Positions 10,508-20,564 of a DNA stretch of 64,000 nucleotides are shown here, in pieces. The stretch spans positions 1,054,001 through 1,118,000 of the forward strand of contig CP120458.1 in NCBI GenBank assembly GCA_034226945.1, read 5' to 3'. How positions within the stretch are numbered: position 1 is the stretch's first letter; every line of letters starts with the position of its first letter. Both the position numbers and the translations under genes were made by a program. Source of the DNA: Picochlorum sp. SENEW3. Lineage: Eukaryota. The notes beneath the pieces were generated by a model. It had not been told where the DNA came from. It saw only the letters and a program-made list of their open reading frames with translations, and ran no database searches.

Positions 10508-11419
10508 TTATGCAGCACCACAATTTTTAACAATGACTTTCGAGAATGGCCTGTCAAAAGACATTTCTGCCACGTTTGCTCTCTTGTCACCAGACTTCTT
10601 CCCAGCCTGGAAAAATGGGCTGCTTGTATTATTTTTTACTCGAGGTAGGTTTCGTAACTTTTCTACAATGCCCATGCCCCCTACGACCTTGCCAACGATT
10701 ATATTGAATCCATCCAACTCTGGGGATGGATTTGTGGTGATGGAGAAACCAGTGCCATTTGGTTGCTGTCCTAAGACCTCTGTAACATTTACAAATTTAC
10801 CGTCAATCGCTACCAATCTGTCTTTCGATTCCAAACTCTTGATGGGCCGAACATTGATCGACACAAGGCCAGCTGCATCGTGTTTAAGATTTGACTGATC
10901 CAATTCATCTTCAAGGGCGTCTGCGGTTGGGCCACCAGTGACTAAAACTCTTCCATTTGCCTCGTATGAGAGAGATGGAAGAGCGCCTACGGTGATGTAA
11001 GTATCCAACAACTGTGCCACCTTGGATCGCCTGTACCCTACGCCTTGAACACCTTGAACAAGATCAAGAAAACGTTGTTCCGCTATCTTAGCTTTGCTAC
11101 CAAGCAATTCAACCTCAATCCTACCGAAATCTTTTCCATCCACGGCAATGTCGAAAAAGACCCTTCTCTGCTGCGAGATCTCTTGCTCTGCATGGGCATC
11201 ATATCTGATGGGAACATCTGCCAGGAGAACTGAAACTGATACAAGCGCTTGTGTCAAGTGATTTCTTCGCGAGACTGGTAGCGAATGACACACTATGGCA
11301 CGACCAGAATTTCTTGTCCTATCCTTGCCTTTCTGATGCTGTATCTGTCTCTTCCACAGACAGAAATGGGTAGTCAGAGTCAAGCAAGCCTTATTATTGA
11401 GTCGATACAGACTATCCAT
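10508..11419 (-). CDS. Chloroplast lumenal cyclophilin-like protein (CYP26-2-like)
   Basis: RVFFDIAVDGKDFGRIEVEL, PNGTGFSIT and the C-terminal GDKRANVAEMSFDRPFSKVIVKNCG; bipartite transit peptide with an RR...AHA pattern. Confidence 0.82.
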   Translation of the reverse strand: MDSLYRLNNKACLTLTTHFCLWKRQIQHQKGKDRTRNSGRAIVCHSLPVSRRNHLTQALVSVSVLLADVPIRYDAHAEQEISQQRRVFFDIAVDGKDFGRIEVELLGSKAKIAEQRFLDLVQGVQGVGYRRSKVAQLLDTYITVGALPSLSYEANGRVLVTGGPTADALEDELDQSNLKHDAAGLVSINVRPIKSLESKDRLVAIDGKFVNVTEVLGQQPNGTGFSITTNPSPELDGFNIIVGKVVGGMGIVEKLRNLPRVKNNTSSPFFQAGKKSGDKRANVAEMSFDRPFSKVIVKNCGAA

Positions 11420-11668
11420 GCTCCAACTGTAATCAATTTGTGCACAAAACGAGGGAAAAGAAATTGTACTCTCGCAATCGATGCTACAAGCAGTATCGTT
11501 CTGCGTCCAGCAAAAGATGCGATTGGATTTTGTTTCGAATACAAGAAAACTTCCCTAATTAATTAGGCCGTTGTGGTCGATCGCGATCGATTGTGGGCAT
11601 AGGCAACCAGGCCTTTGATGGCGTACCCATCAAATTGCTTTTTATTTTATACTGAGTGACAGATAGTC

Positions 11669-12159
11669 ATGGCAGCAACGGCAATCGCAGCTGAGACACG
11701 CAGCGTTTATAGGGGTCTTTTGCGTTCAGTTCAGCAAGGTGCGTCCACGTTTGCGGCATTCAAGTATTTTCGCGTGCTTTAAGCTCATAGTTGAAATTGA
11801 TACATGTGTAGTCTTTAGGGGGGATTTAGAAATGCTTACTGCTGCGAGACAAGAAATAAGGGATAGGCTGGAGGTTGGTCCTGTTTGCTGTCTAAAAGTT
11901 CATTCAACGCATACACCCTCATCGACAACACTTGATTTTGCTGTAGGAACGAAGGAATGTGCACGATGAAGAAGAAGTGAGCCGACTGCAGGCAGAAGGA
12001 AGGGAGGCAGCAGAATTCCTCAAGACGTCCATCATGCAAGCAATGCCAAATGAAAAGGGTCACATTGGTGTGGATTTAGAAGGGGAGCATGCAAACTGTG
12101 TCGTCGAGCCAATCGTGCCAGGGATGGAATTGCCAAGTGGCAAAAAGAAGAGGACATGA
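11669..12159 (+). CDS. LYR-motif mitochondrial protein (LYRM7/MZM1-like); introns 11739-11811 and 11874-11946
   Basis: Spliced product MAATAIAAETRSVYRGLLRSVQQ|VFRGDLEMLTAARQEIRDRLE|ERRNVHDEEEVSRLQAEGREAAEFLKTSIMQA; canonical GT-AG sites keep the frame. Exon 1 is absent from the ORF track. Confidence 0.8.
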
Positions 12160-12925
12160 TGGTGACTTGTTACAAACGAAGAAATTGAAATATTGACAAC
12201 ATGCAAACAAAAAAAGTAGTGCTGGAAAAACATTTTTTTAGAAAAGGATGTTTTGACCTTGTGGTTGTTTCTTCTCATGGAAACCATACATGGTGAAAGT
12301 GATCACAGTAATTCTTCTCACTTTCAAAATGCATATGGTTGTATCAATCGTTCATATCTGCTGCCAGGCAGCCATCCACCGATGAGTTCACAATGGTCAA
12401 TGTGTCAAATCATCAGTGGTTCTCTAAGCTCTGGCCCAATCTTTCTGCATATGGTTTGAAAAAAAGACGTATGGATAAAAATGGAAATTTTTTTTGCGTT
12501 GTGCATTCATCATCATGGTTGTAGTAGGGAAAATCCAAATAAGTAGTTGTCAATCATTTGTCCTCGACATTTTCCAGTCGTCTGTGAAATCATCTAGTCT
12601 GCTTCCTTCATCATCATCATAATACATTTTCTTCTGCTTTTTCTGCTCTGTACGCTACGAATACATTTGATGGTGGTAAAGCTTTTGTATCCTGGTTTGT
12701 TGTTGCTCTCACATTGCACCTGTGAGAACATCTGCCTGATCCTGCTTCCTGAACAGCATCATCATTTGAAATCTTTTAATCTTGCTCATCCTGCTTCCCC
12801 TGCGCTAAAAAAGCATGCAATAACCTAAATGAAATAAAATTCTTCAATCAATCCGATCCAATCCAATCTGACACCTGCCCTGCTGGAGTTGTCCACACAA
12901 TTCAAGTGCATCTAATCGTGAATGA

Positions 12926-14339
12926 CTAGACACAAAAATCACCAAACATATGCTCGCATACTGACATATCCAAGGAATCGGAGGAGGAAGATTCTGGAAT
13001 GCTCAAAACACTGTGGCAATCGCTTCCAAACCTTGGAAGTCCTTCATTCTCTGCCAATTTTCGGGCATGCTGTGGCCAAATCCCTGTCTTCCTGCTGGCA
13101 GCGAGGGTCTTGAGCGCTTCAACGGCATCAGCCACAGCATTTGCTCGTCTCACCTGCTCCTTTTCAAATGCCGCTGCTTGAAGCGATGCAAGCTTAATAT
13201 TCTCGGTAGAATCCCTCGTCACGTATCCTGAGGGTGTCGTGGTTCCAGAGCACACACCAGGCGATGAGTCCGCAGAGCTGCATTTACATCCTTCCTCGCT
13301 TGGGTCCCTGAAGCCATCCAAGGAGTGGGCAAAAAAGCAAAGGTCCCTCTGGCACGCCTTTCCTTCGGTACACAACTGTGTTCTGTATTTCGAGGGATGC
13401 AACCAGGCTTCAAATACGCCATGGCTCAAAGGACACATATCACCCAACTTACAGTTTCCCTTCCTGAAATGAGGACAAGGGACAGCCCTGTATGTATATT
13501 CTCTTGGATGCCTCCTTCGAGCCTTCTCCCCCGGGTGCAAATAGGGACATGCAGCAGTGTCATGCAAGCACGAGTCCAAATGAGGACACAATTCCACCTT
13601 GTATCGGTACATTCTGAAATCGTCGCTCAAGTAATCACAACCATCGATTTCTTGCAGAACGCTGATTGGCGTCATCAACGCGGCAGGCTTGGCACCACCT
13701 ATGGGACCCCGCTGCTGAGACGCGGTCATCTGCTCCAGGGAATGCCCAGGCACGCGACCGCAGTGATCCATCGCATCCCTGTCTGCACCATACTGCACCA
13801 ACAACGCAATGATCTTTGCACTGGCCATGGATGGCTTGCACGCGCAGGCAAGATGCAGGGCAGTCTTCCCATCACTCGGGGAGACTGCAGTAGCATCTGC
13901 CCCAGCTGCAAGCAGCTTCTCCACACACTTCACTGCCTGCATCGATGCTGCAATCTGTAACAAGGATCTCGTAAAATGCTCTCCCTCCTTCTCGTTCTGA
14001 CTCAGGGACTCGTCCCAAGCATACCACGCGTCCAAAGAGCCCGTGGGCAGCAGCTCTGGCAAATCCATGAGAACACCATGCACCCAAGGCATCGTGCTTG
14101 CATCCACAGACTCGAACATATTCAGTCTTAAAAATGAAATAAAATCCTTCAAGGAAGTCAATTGAAGACACCTGCACACACAAGAATGCATGGTACCATG
14201 CCATCCCATGATACAAGATACCCTAGGCAGATTTGCTCTTGCATCGAACCAATCGCCCCGATTGTCTGCCGGCAGTTGCTTGCTACAACAACGCGACTCA
14301 TCCGTACGGAACAAATCCCTCCCGAATTAGGTTTAGCAT
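12926..14339 (-). CDS. Ankyrin-repeat tandem CCCH zinc-finger protein (plant ANK-RR-TZF family); 5' exon structure uncertain
   Basis: Ankyrin motif DGKTALHLAC; RR region SDDFRMYRYKV...HPGEKARRRHP; fingers C-x7-C-x5-C-x3-H and C-x5-C-x4-C-x3-H. Probable short 5' introns around 14170-14310. Confidence 0.88.
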
Positions 14340-14951
14340 TATATTGAATATATCAATGGCGCGCGAGTGATGCAGACAACCAATTCCCGCCAACCGACCC
14401 TACCACACTAAGTGAGGAGTACCACGCGTGCGTACCGAGAAATATTCTCTACCGAATAGCTGGCTATGCTACACAAAATGATACCTAAGATCCGAGTACA
14501 TAGAGCTGTACCTACTACGACTACATATGAATTTCATTATCATGTGCGTGGACTGGGTTGGATGCCAATGGGCAGTCAGCAAGATCACAAAGCATCTCCA
14601 ACACTGCCACATGAGCCCGTACAACCACGCGTTTTGACAGGCAGCACCTACCTCGACGTGCCTCGATGCACACGACCGATCGGCTGTAACGTTTTACCGT
14701 CTCATAAATTAACATTGACATGCGACGCGATTTCTTCTTGTATGCAGCAGACAGGCAATATCTCTGCCTTTTTAATACATACGGTAGATATTTAGCTCTG
14801 GGTCTCCCTCTGTAGTACATGTACACCGCGTAGGAAGGGCCATCTTGTTCTGTGCTCTCTTCGCCCGAAAGGAAGTCTGTGCTGCTGTCTTTGGTCCAAT
14901 ATCAATTGAAAGGTTGATAGATATTTGTAATTCATTCATTTGCTGGCTGCC

Positions 14952-15214
14952 ATGGCCAAGGGACAGAAGGCAGCAACGATACTAGTCAAACTGCTGAGCA
15001 GTGCTGGGACTGGATATTTCTAGTGCGTCTATTCTTCCCCAGAGAATACCTTCCTTTGTGTCTGTCTGTACGTGATGTTTCGTTCATGACGTATGATTTT
15101 GGATGCAGTGTTGCCCGTAAAAATCCTAGGAAACTGCCTCAAAAGCTGGAGTTCATGAAGTATGATCCTCGAGTCAGGAAGCATGTGCTGTTCCGTGAGA
15201 CAAAGCTGCGATAG
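14952..15214 (+). CDS. rpl33: Organellar (probably mitochondrial) ribosomal protein L33; intron 15023-15108
   Basis: Spliced product [58 protein letters not shown]. Confidence 0.93.
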
Positions 15215-15540
15215 TGTGCTGGGTGAATTATAAAATAGGTTGATGCGTGTTCTATGCAGCCAAAGTCCTCCCAATGTACATTCGGAGGAGTAGTCCTCCT
15301 CGTCTTAGCGACACCATGATGTAAATGGTCTGTAAGCTTGGATGTAATTAGTGTGGGCGACAGCACCAGCCTGGGAATTGTATGGGAGGCCTCCTGGCGA
15401 ATGGAGAATACGTGTAGCATCCCACCATGTTTTTCTGATCAGACCCATTATTTAATATTTAATATGAATGTCATGAATATTCTGGCATAGTATAGTACAG
15501 AGGAACAAGGGAGGACTGATTTCCAGTGCCAAAGAGACTC

Positions 15541-15979
15541 ATGGTCGTGAGGCTTCGTTTAGCTCGTTTCGGGCGTAAGGTGGGTGGTTTGATGTCATTT
15601 AATGGTCCCCATACGTGTCTCATGATAGATTTTACTGCAGAAAATGCCGATGTATAAGATATTCGCTGCGGACGCTAGAAGCCCAAGGGATGGTCGGCAT
15701 CTCGAGGTGCTGGGATATTATGATCCGATTCCTGAGAAGGATGGGCATAAGCATGTGGGTTTAAATATAGAGAGGATCAAATATTGGCTGTCAGTCGGGG
15801 CGCAGCCTTCAACGACTGTGGGGAGGTTGCTAAGCCAGGCAGGGGTGATTCCAAGGTCACCGATGGGTCTCGCATGCCGGGCTGTGAAGAATCCGGATAA
15901 GAGAAATAAAACCAGGCCAGATCCTGAACAAGATGAAGAGAGTGATGAAGTGAGGGATGCCTCATCTTCTTCTGCATAG
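15541..15979 (+). CDS. rps16: Organellar ribosomal protein S16; intron 15580-15640
   Basis: MVVRLRLARFGRK|KMPMYKIFAADARSPRDGRHLEVLGYYDP...IKYWLSVGAQPS. Confidence 0.95.
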
Positions 15980-16011
15980 CTAGAACTATAATTAAACATT
16001 TAATAATAATG

Positions 16012-17688
16012 TCATTCCTTGTCCTCGTCTGGAGAGAGGGCCAAAATTGTCTCGAGAGATCTTTTGGCGTCTTCAATTGTCTCTTCATCCACGCTGTCTG
16101 AAATATCCGAGATAGTGCGAGGCATTGGCGGAATGATCTCGGTTGGTTGAGGGCCACCGAGAGAGTTAAGCATCCTGTTGTACTGCTCTACTTGGTTCCG
16201 CAACAAGAGTGTGGTGATGACACCCGCATTTGATGATGATCCTATGCGACCCATTCTACCAGTCATGTGGAGGTATTCGCTTTCATCTTTTGGTAAAAAT
16301 GTGCTGTACACATGTGTCACAGCTGGCAGATCCAGCCCTCGTGAGGAATACGAACTGGCAATCAGCAGGCTTGTCTTGTTGTCTCGAAAAGCGTGGAGAG
16401 CCTGAATTGGCTCTGAGCCGTCTGGAAGCAACACTGAAATTGCATGCTTTCCCCACAGGATGTTTCGTAAAGGTTCCGCAAGCGCACGAGCATTCTCAGG
16501 CTCTTTCACGTATACGATCCCTCGGTTGGGCTGAGAATCTATATTTTGAAGCTTTTGATCTGCCAGAACACACCGACACAAGACTCCAAGTTTATCCACT
16601 TCATGGTCCACAACAACATATGTGTGCTTCACTGTGCTGCTGAGCATACTCCTCTCACCAACGACAATGTCGATTGGATCGTCAAGCCATTTCTGTTCCC
16701 GTGCATGGGACAACAGAGAATCTGATATTGTTGCACCACTCAGTACGACTGTTGGTCGCGCCGCCCCGCTCTGTTTATGTCTTTCTTCTTTTAAATTCGA
16801 TGTAGTTTCCCGAGTTGTACAAGTATGGATGATGTAATCCATATCCTCAGGGAACAGAGTATAGCATGCATCTGCCTCATCAACACAGAGACTAACGCAA
16901 TGTTGGACAACCTCAACGCCACGGCCCAGAGCAGCGGCAATAAGTTTCGGTGTTCCTATCACAACGTGCGATCCATCTAAATACCTATTGGTGACAGCCT
17001 CTTCGACCTCGTGATCCAACACCAACCCTTTCACCTTGAGGCCCCTAGGCCCTTTAAACTGGAACATATTTCCAGGAGCTCCAGGAATCCCAGCGTTTGT
17101 CGATCCTCCAAATAGAGAGTACACTTGCATTGCAATTTGTACTCCCAAATCCCTTGTTGGAGCGATGATCACAAGCTGAGGGCCCTTCAAATCATCAGGG
17201 TACACATCCGGAGGATACCCCAGAAGTGATAGCAGAGGCAACAGAAATGCTAAAGTCTTGCCTGATCCGGTGGGAGCCTGAATGATGCAATCCGATCTAC
17301 TCCCAATGGCAGCACAAGACCTGGATTGGATGGGTGTTGGGATCCCATACCCAAGATGCTGCACTCTGTCGACCAGCCAGTCCAGAATGCCTAGTCGAGA
17401 CCAATCACCGGGCCCATCAGAACTCGCTCCAGGTAATTTGCTCAAGACGCTCTGAATAGCATCCCGAAGAGATGCTGCAGCTGTGTAATCCTCTGCATCC
17501 ACAGCTTTCTTCAGTGCTGTGTGCAACTGATTCAAATCGTCTGGATAATCGCCGTCGCTTGAGACAGTCTGGCATCGCATTGATATAAGACCCTCTACAT
17601 TCCGCCGTGCTCCATTCAAAGCACCACGCAGACGTGGTCTGCAAACTATGGGGTGACTCCAGGCAACTATGGGTCGACCAACCTTCAT
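16012..17688 (-). CDS. DEAD-box RNA helicase, probably plastid-targeted, with an N-terminal UVR-like coiled coil
   Basis: Q motif PTPIQ, APTGSGKT, PTRDL, VDEAD, SGAT, SRGLD and YLHMTGRMGR; UVR-like LKKAVDAEDYTAAASLRD. Start uncertain (17688 or 17775). Confidence 0.88.
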   Translation of the reverse strand: MKVGRPIVAWSHPIVCRPRLRGALNGARRNVEGLISMRCQTVSSDGDYPDDLNQLHTALKKAVDAEDYTAAASLRDAIQSVLSKLPGASSDGPGDWSRLGILDWLVDRVQHLGYGIPTPIQSRSCAAIGSRSDCIIQAPTGSGKTLAFLLPLLSLLGYPPDVYPDDLKGPQLVIIAPTRDLGVQIAMQVYSLFGGSTNAGIPGAPGNMFQFKGPRGLKVKGLVLDHEVEEAVTNRYLDGSHVVIGTPKLIAAALGRGVEVVQHCVSLCVDEADACYTLFPEDMDYIIHTCTTRETTSNLKEERHKQSGAARPTVVLSGATISDSLLSHAREQKWLDDPIDIVVGERSMLSSTVKHTYVVVDHEVDKLGVLCRCVLADQKLQNIDSQPNRGIVYVKEPENARALAEPLRNILWGKHAISVLLPDGSEPIQALHAFRDNKTSLLIASSYSSRGLDLPAVTHVYSTFLPKDESEYLHMTGRMGRIGSSSNAGVITTLLLRNQVEQYNRMLNSLGGPQPTEIIPPMPRTISDISDSVDEETIEDAKRSLETILALSPDEDKE

Positions 17689-18068
17689 CGTCCATAGGAT
17701 GGAGCACGCAACCACCATGTATTCACTTCTGAATGGTGTGTTACTTGTAGCCCATGACGAGCACCAATGCGCCATTGCATACCTGCCAAGACAAAGCTTT
17801 TTAAAATTGTTTATTTAAGGTATTGCTGGCGTGTATCGTCTTCATTATCGGCCCATCTATGGTCCTGACAAGTGTTTTTTTCTTTATAATAGCATTTGAT
17901 TCTCTGAAACAAACATCAGAATACCCCACAGACCTCTGGATATCTACGAGAGAGAGAGGTGACGGAGCAAATTCAAACGGAGATGGCGTGATATTCAATC
18001 TGTACGCAGAGAGTGACGTCTGATATGCAATTCTATACTTTTGAATTATTCAGTTGTTGGAGGATGAA

Positions 18069-20549
18069 ATGATGGAGAGAACTGTGACTTTTGGAAAGGG
18101 TTTTCAGGCAGGCAACGACGATCCTGCTTTGCAATACTCGACAGTGTTCAACATCGAGGGCCCGTCTACGCCCGGACAGGATTCTTCGGGTGATATCACG
18201 TGTTTTGTAGCTTCAGAGAAGCTGTTGGCGATAGGGAGGCTTGATGGACGCGTGGATCTCATCGATTGTGAGGGGGACACTATCAAGACGTTCAGGGAAC
18301 ATCATGCACCTGTCCGAGGGTTGAGCTTCGATGCAAAGTCGGAATATTTGGCAAGCTGCTGCTCCAGTGGAAAGGTTTTCATATTCTCATTGTATAGTGA
18401 GCAGGATAGCTTTGTTGATTCCTACTCAGTGGGGAAAGAGTTGACCTCTATTGCCATTGATCCCAGGTATGCAAATAGGAAGACAAAGGAAGTCATCGTC
18501 GGGGACAAAAGTGGAAACGTATACTTTCTCAGTAAAGGATGGCTGGGAACATTAGAAAAGGTGTTATTCCGGGGCAAATACCCGATCAGACGCATTGCAT
18601 GGTCAGGCACCATGGTGGCTTGGTCCAGTTTAACTGGTGTGAGGGTGTATAACACGGGATCTCATCTTCCCGTGGGGACAGTTCCTCTGTCAGAATACAA
18701 TGACGTATCTTTGTTGTGGGTTGCCTCGGGAAAGCTTTTCATAGGGCAAGGAAAGCAGGTATGGAGTGTAGCAAGTACTTGCATGAATGGGAGTCTGGCA
18801 ACGACAGACTCTTCTGGAGATGGAGAGCGCACATGCTTTTCAAAAGATCTCGTGTTTGAATCAGATCACGGCACCGTTGAGTCGTTGGGTCAAGGAATAA
18901 AATCAATTTTTGTCCTCACGAGAGGAAGTGATTCATACACAATTCTGAAACTATGTGATGAGGCACCAGCAGAGTTCTTGCATGGAGGGGAGTTGCCATT
19001 TCCTGAAGATGTTGCCGTACATCTTTCGAGATCAGTTGCTTCGGCGTTGAACACGTCATGTGACACCGGAGAGCCAATGTTTTTCATCCACATGCCGCAG
19101 GCGATAGTTGCTGCCAAACCCTTGGATGCAGTATCCAGACTAGAATGGTTATGTGAGAACCATAGATTCCAAGAAGCTCTTGCTCTTACGAATTCGACGT
19201 ACAGCCTTAGAAAGAGGAAAAGAGATGTTGGTGAAAAATATATGTCACACTTGATAGGTAAAGGTGAGTATAAAGTTGCCGGAGTGCAAGCACCACAATT
19301 GCTGTTTGACAGCAGGGATGCATGGGAGAGATGGGCAACAAAGTTTGGGCAATCAAAAAAATTACACCTCCTTGCGCCTAATCTTCCATATAAAGACGTC
19401 CCATTATCCGTAGGGATCTATGAACTCGCTATAAAGTCTTGCTTTCAACAGAAAGAATATGAAATAGCTGCCCAGATCTTGGATACATGGCCGGTTGAGC
19501 TGTATGACGAGAACGCAGTGTATGCGATGGCAAAGGAGAGGTTGACTAGAGATCCCGATAGCACAGGCCTTCTGCAGATATCCCGAATCTTGTGCACCAA
19601 AATGGGAATGCACCAGAAGGCAATGGAGATCATGATGAGACTCTCTGATGTCAGCGTATTTGATTACATTCGCGATTATAAACTGTTTTGGGCTGCTTCT
19701 GTAGATGCAGCAACACTCATGGAAATAGACGAAGTACGCGCAACCAAGATGTTGGTTGAGTATCATGATGAGGCTCCTCCCCTCGAAGTGATTCAATCAA
19801 TGTGCAGATTCCAAGAAGGGGTCGCAAAGGCTGACACATCGGAAGAAAATTTTGGCGCATCGCTGTCAGGGAGGGTAAAAGGACTATCAGACATCTGGGC
19901 AAAACGGCTGTACAAATACTTGGAATGGCTCCGTCGAAGGGACTCTTCTATTACAGATTTTGACACGATTTTAGTGGAGATGTGCGCCTTGTACGAACCA
20001 GAAAATATGATGACCCTCCTGCAAAGTTCAAATTCTTATTCTCTCGACCAAGCCTTGGATGCATGCGTCAAACATGGCTTAGTGGCAGAGCAAGTATTTG
20101 TTCTCGGACGCATGGGATCAAACATTGATGCCCTGCATTTGATCGTTGAGAAGATGCAGGATGTGTCTGCTGCTGTGAGATTTGCAAATGAATGCATGGA
20201 TGTCACTATTTGGGAAGAGCTGATGCATCTCGCAAGCAAGAATGGGAGCTGGGCATCAGAGCTTTTGGAATTTGCCGGAGATGGAATTAACCCTGGACAT
20301 TTATTACAATCCATCTCAGAGGATATGTGTATTCCTGACCTGAAAGATAAAATCCACCTCGCTGCCCAAAGGGTACGTGAGGAGCTCTCAATGCAACAAC
20401 TTTGCCAGATCAACTTGGAAGATGATTGCTCAAGGCTTCTCTTCCAATTGTATCAAAAGCTTTGCAGGTCGATTGAGATTCTCGAGTGGGCAAACGGCTC
20501 AGATACAGAGGATGAGATTCCTGTGATTTCAATGTGGAGCAGTCATTAA
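18069..20549 (+). CDS. VPS41: HOPS complex subunit VPS41
   Basis: N-terminal WD40 propeller with SIAIDPRYA and KGWLG; clathrin-like repeat YSLDQALDAC...EQVFVLGRMG. No RING finger is visible. An upstream intron ending at 18053 is possible. Confidence 0.88.
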   Translation: MMERTVTFGKGFQAGNDDPALQYSTVFNIEGPSTPGQDSSGDITCFVASEKLLAIGRLDGRVDLIDCEGDTIKTFREHHAPVRGLSFDAKSEYLASCCSSGKVFIFSLYSEQDSFVDSYSVGKELTSIAIDPRYANRKTKEVIVGDKSGNVYFLSKGWLGTLEKVLFRGKYPIRRIAWSGTMVAWSSLTGVRVYNTGSHLPVGTVPLSEYNDVSLLWVASGKLFIGQGKQVWSVASTCMNGSLATTDSSGDGERTCFSKDLVFESDHGTVESLGQGIKSIFVLTRGSDSYTILKLCDEAPAEFLHGGELPFPEDVAVHLSRSVASALNTSCDTGEPMFFIHMPQAIVAAKPLDAVSRLEWLCENHRFQEALALTNSTYSLRKRKRDVGEKYMSHLIGKGEYKVAGVQAPQLLFDSRDAWERWATKFGQSKKLHLLAPNLPYKDVPLSVGIYELAIKSCFQQKEYEIAAQILDTWPVELYDENAVYAMAKERLTRDPDSTGLLQISRILCTKMGMHQKAMEIMMRLSDVSVFDYIRDYKLFWAASVDAATLMEIDEVRATKMLVEYHDEAPPLEVIQSMCRFQEGVAKADTSEENFGASLSGRVKGLSDIWAKRLYKYLEWLRRRDSSITDFDTILVEMCALYEPENMMTLLQSSNSYSLDQALDACVKHGLVAEQVFVLGRMGSNIDALHLIVEKMQDVSAAVRFANECMDVTIWEELMHLASKNGSWASELLEFAGDGINPGHLLQSISEDMCIPDLKDKIHLAAQRVREELSMQQLCQINLEDDCSRLLFQLYQKLCRSIEILEWANGSDTEDEIPVISMWSSH

Positions 20550-20564
20550 TGTTGTTACAGTTTT

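Noticed and set aside
14466..14826. Overlapping ORFs of about 100 aa between ANK-TZF and rpl33
   Set aside because: No recognisable motif; more likely a divergent promoter and UTR region.
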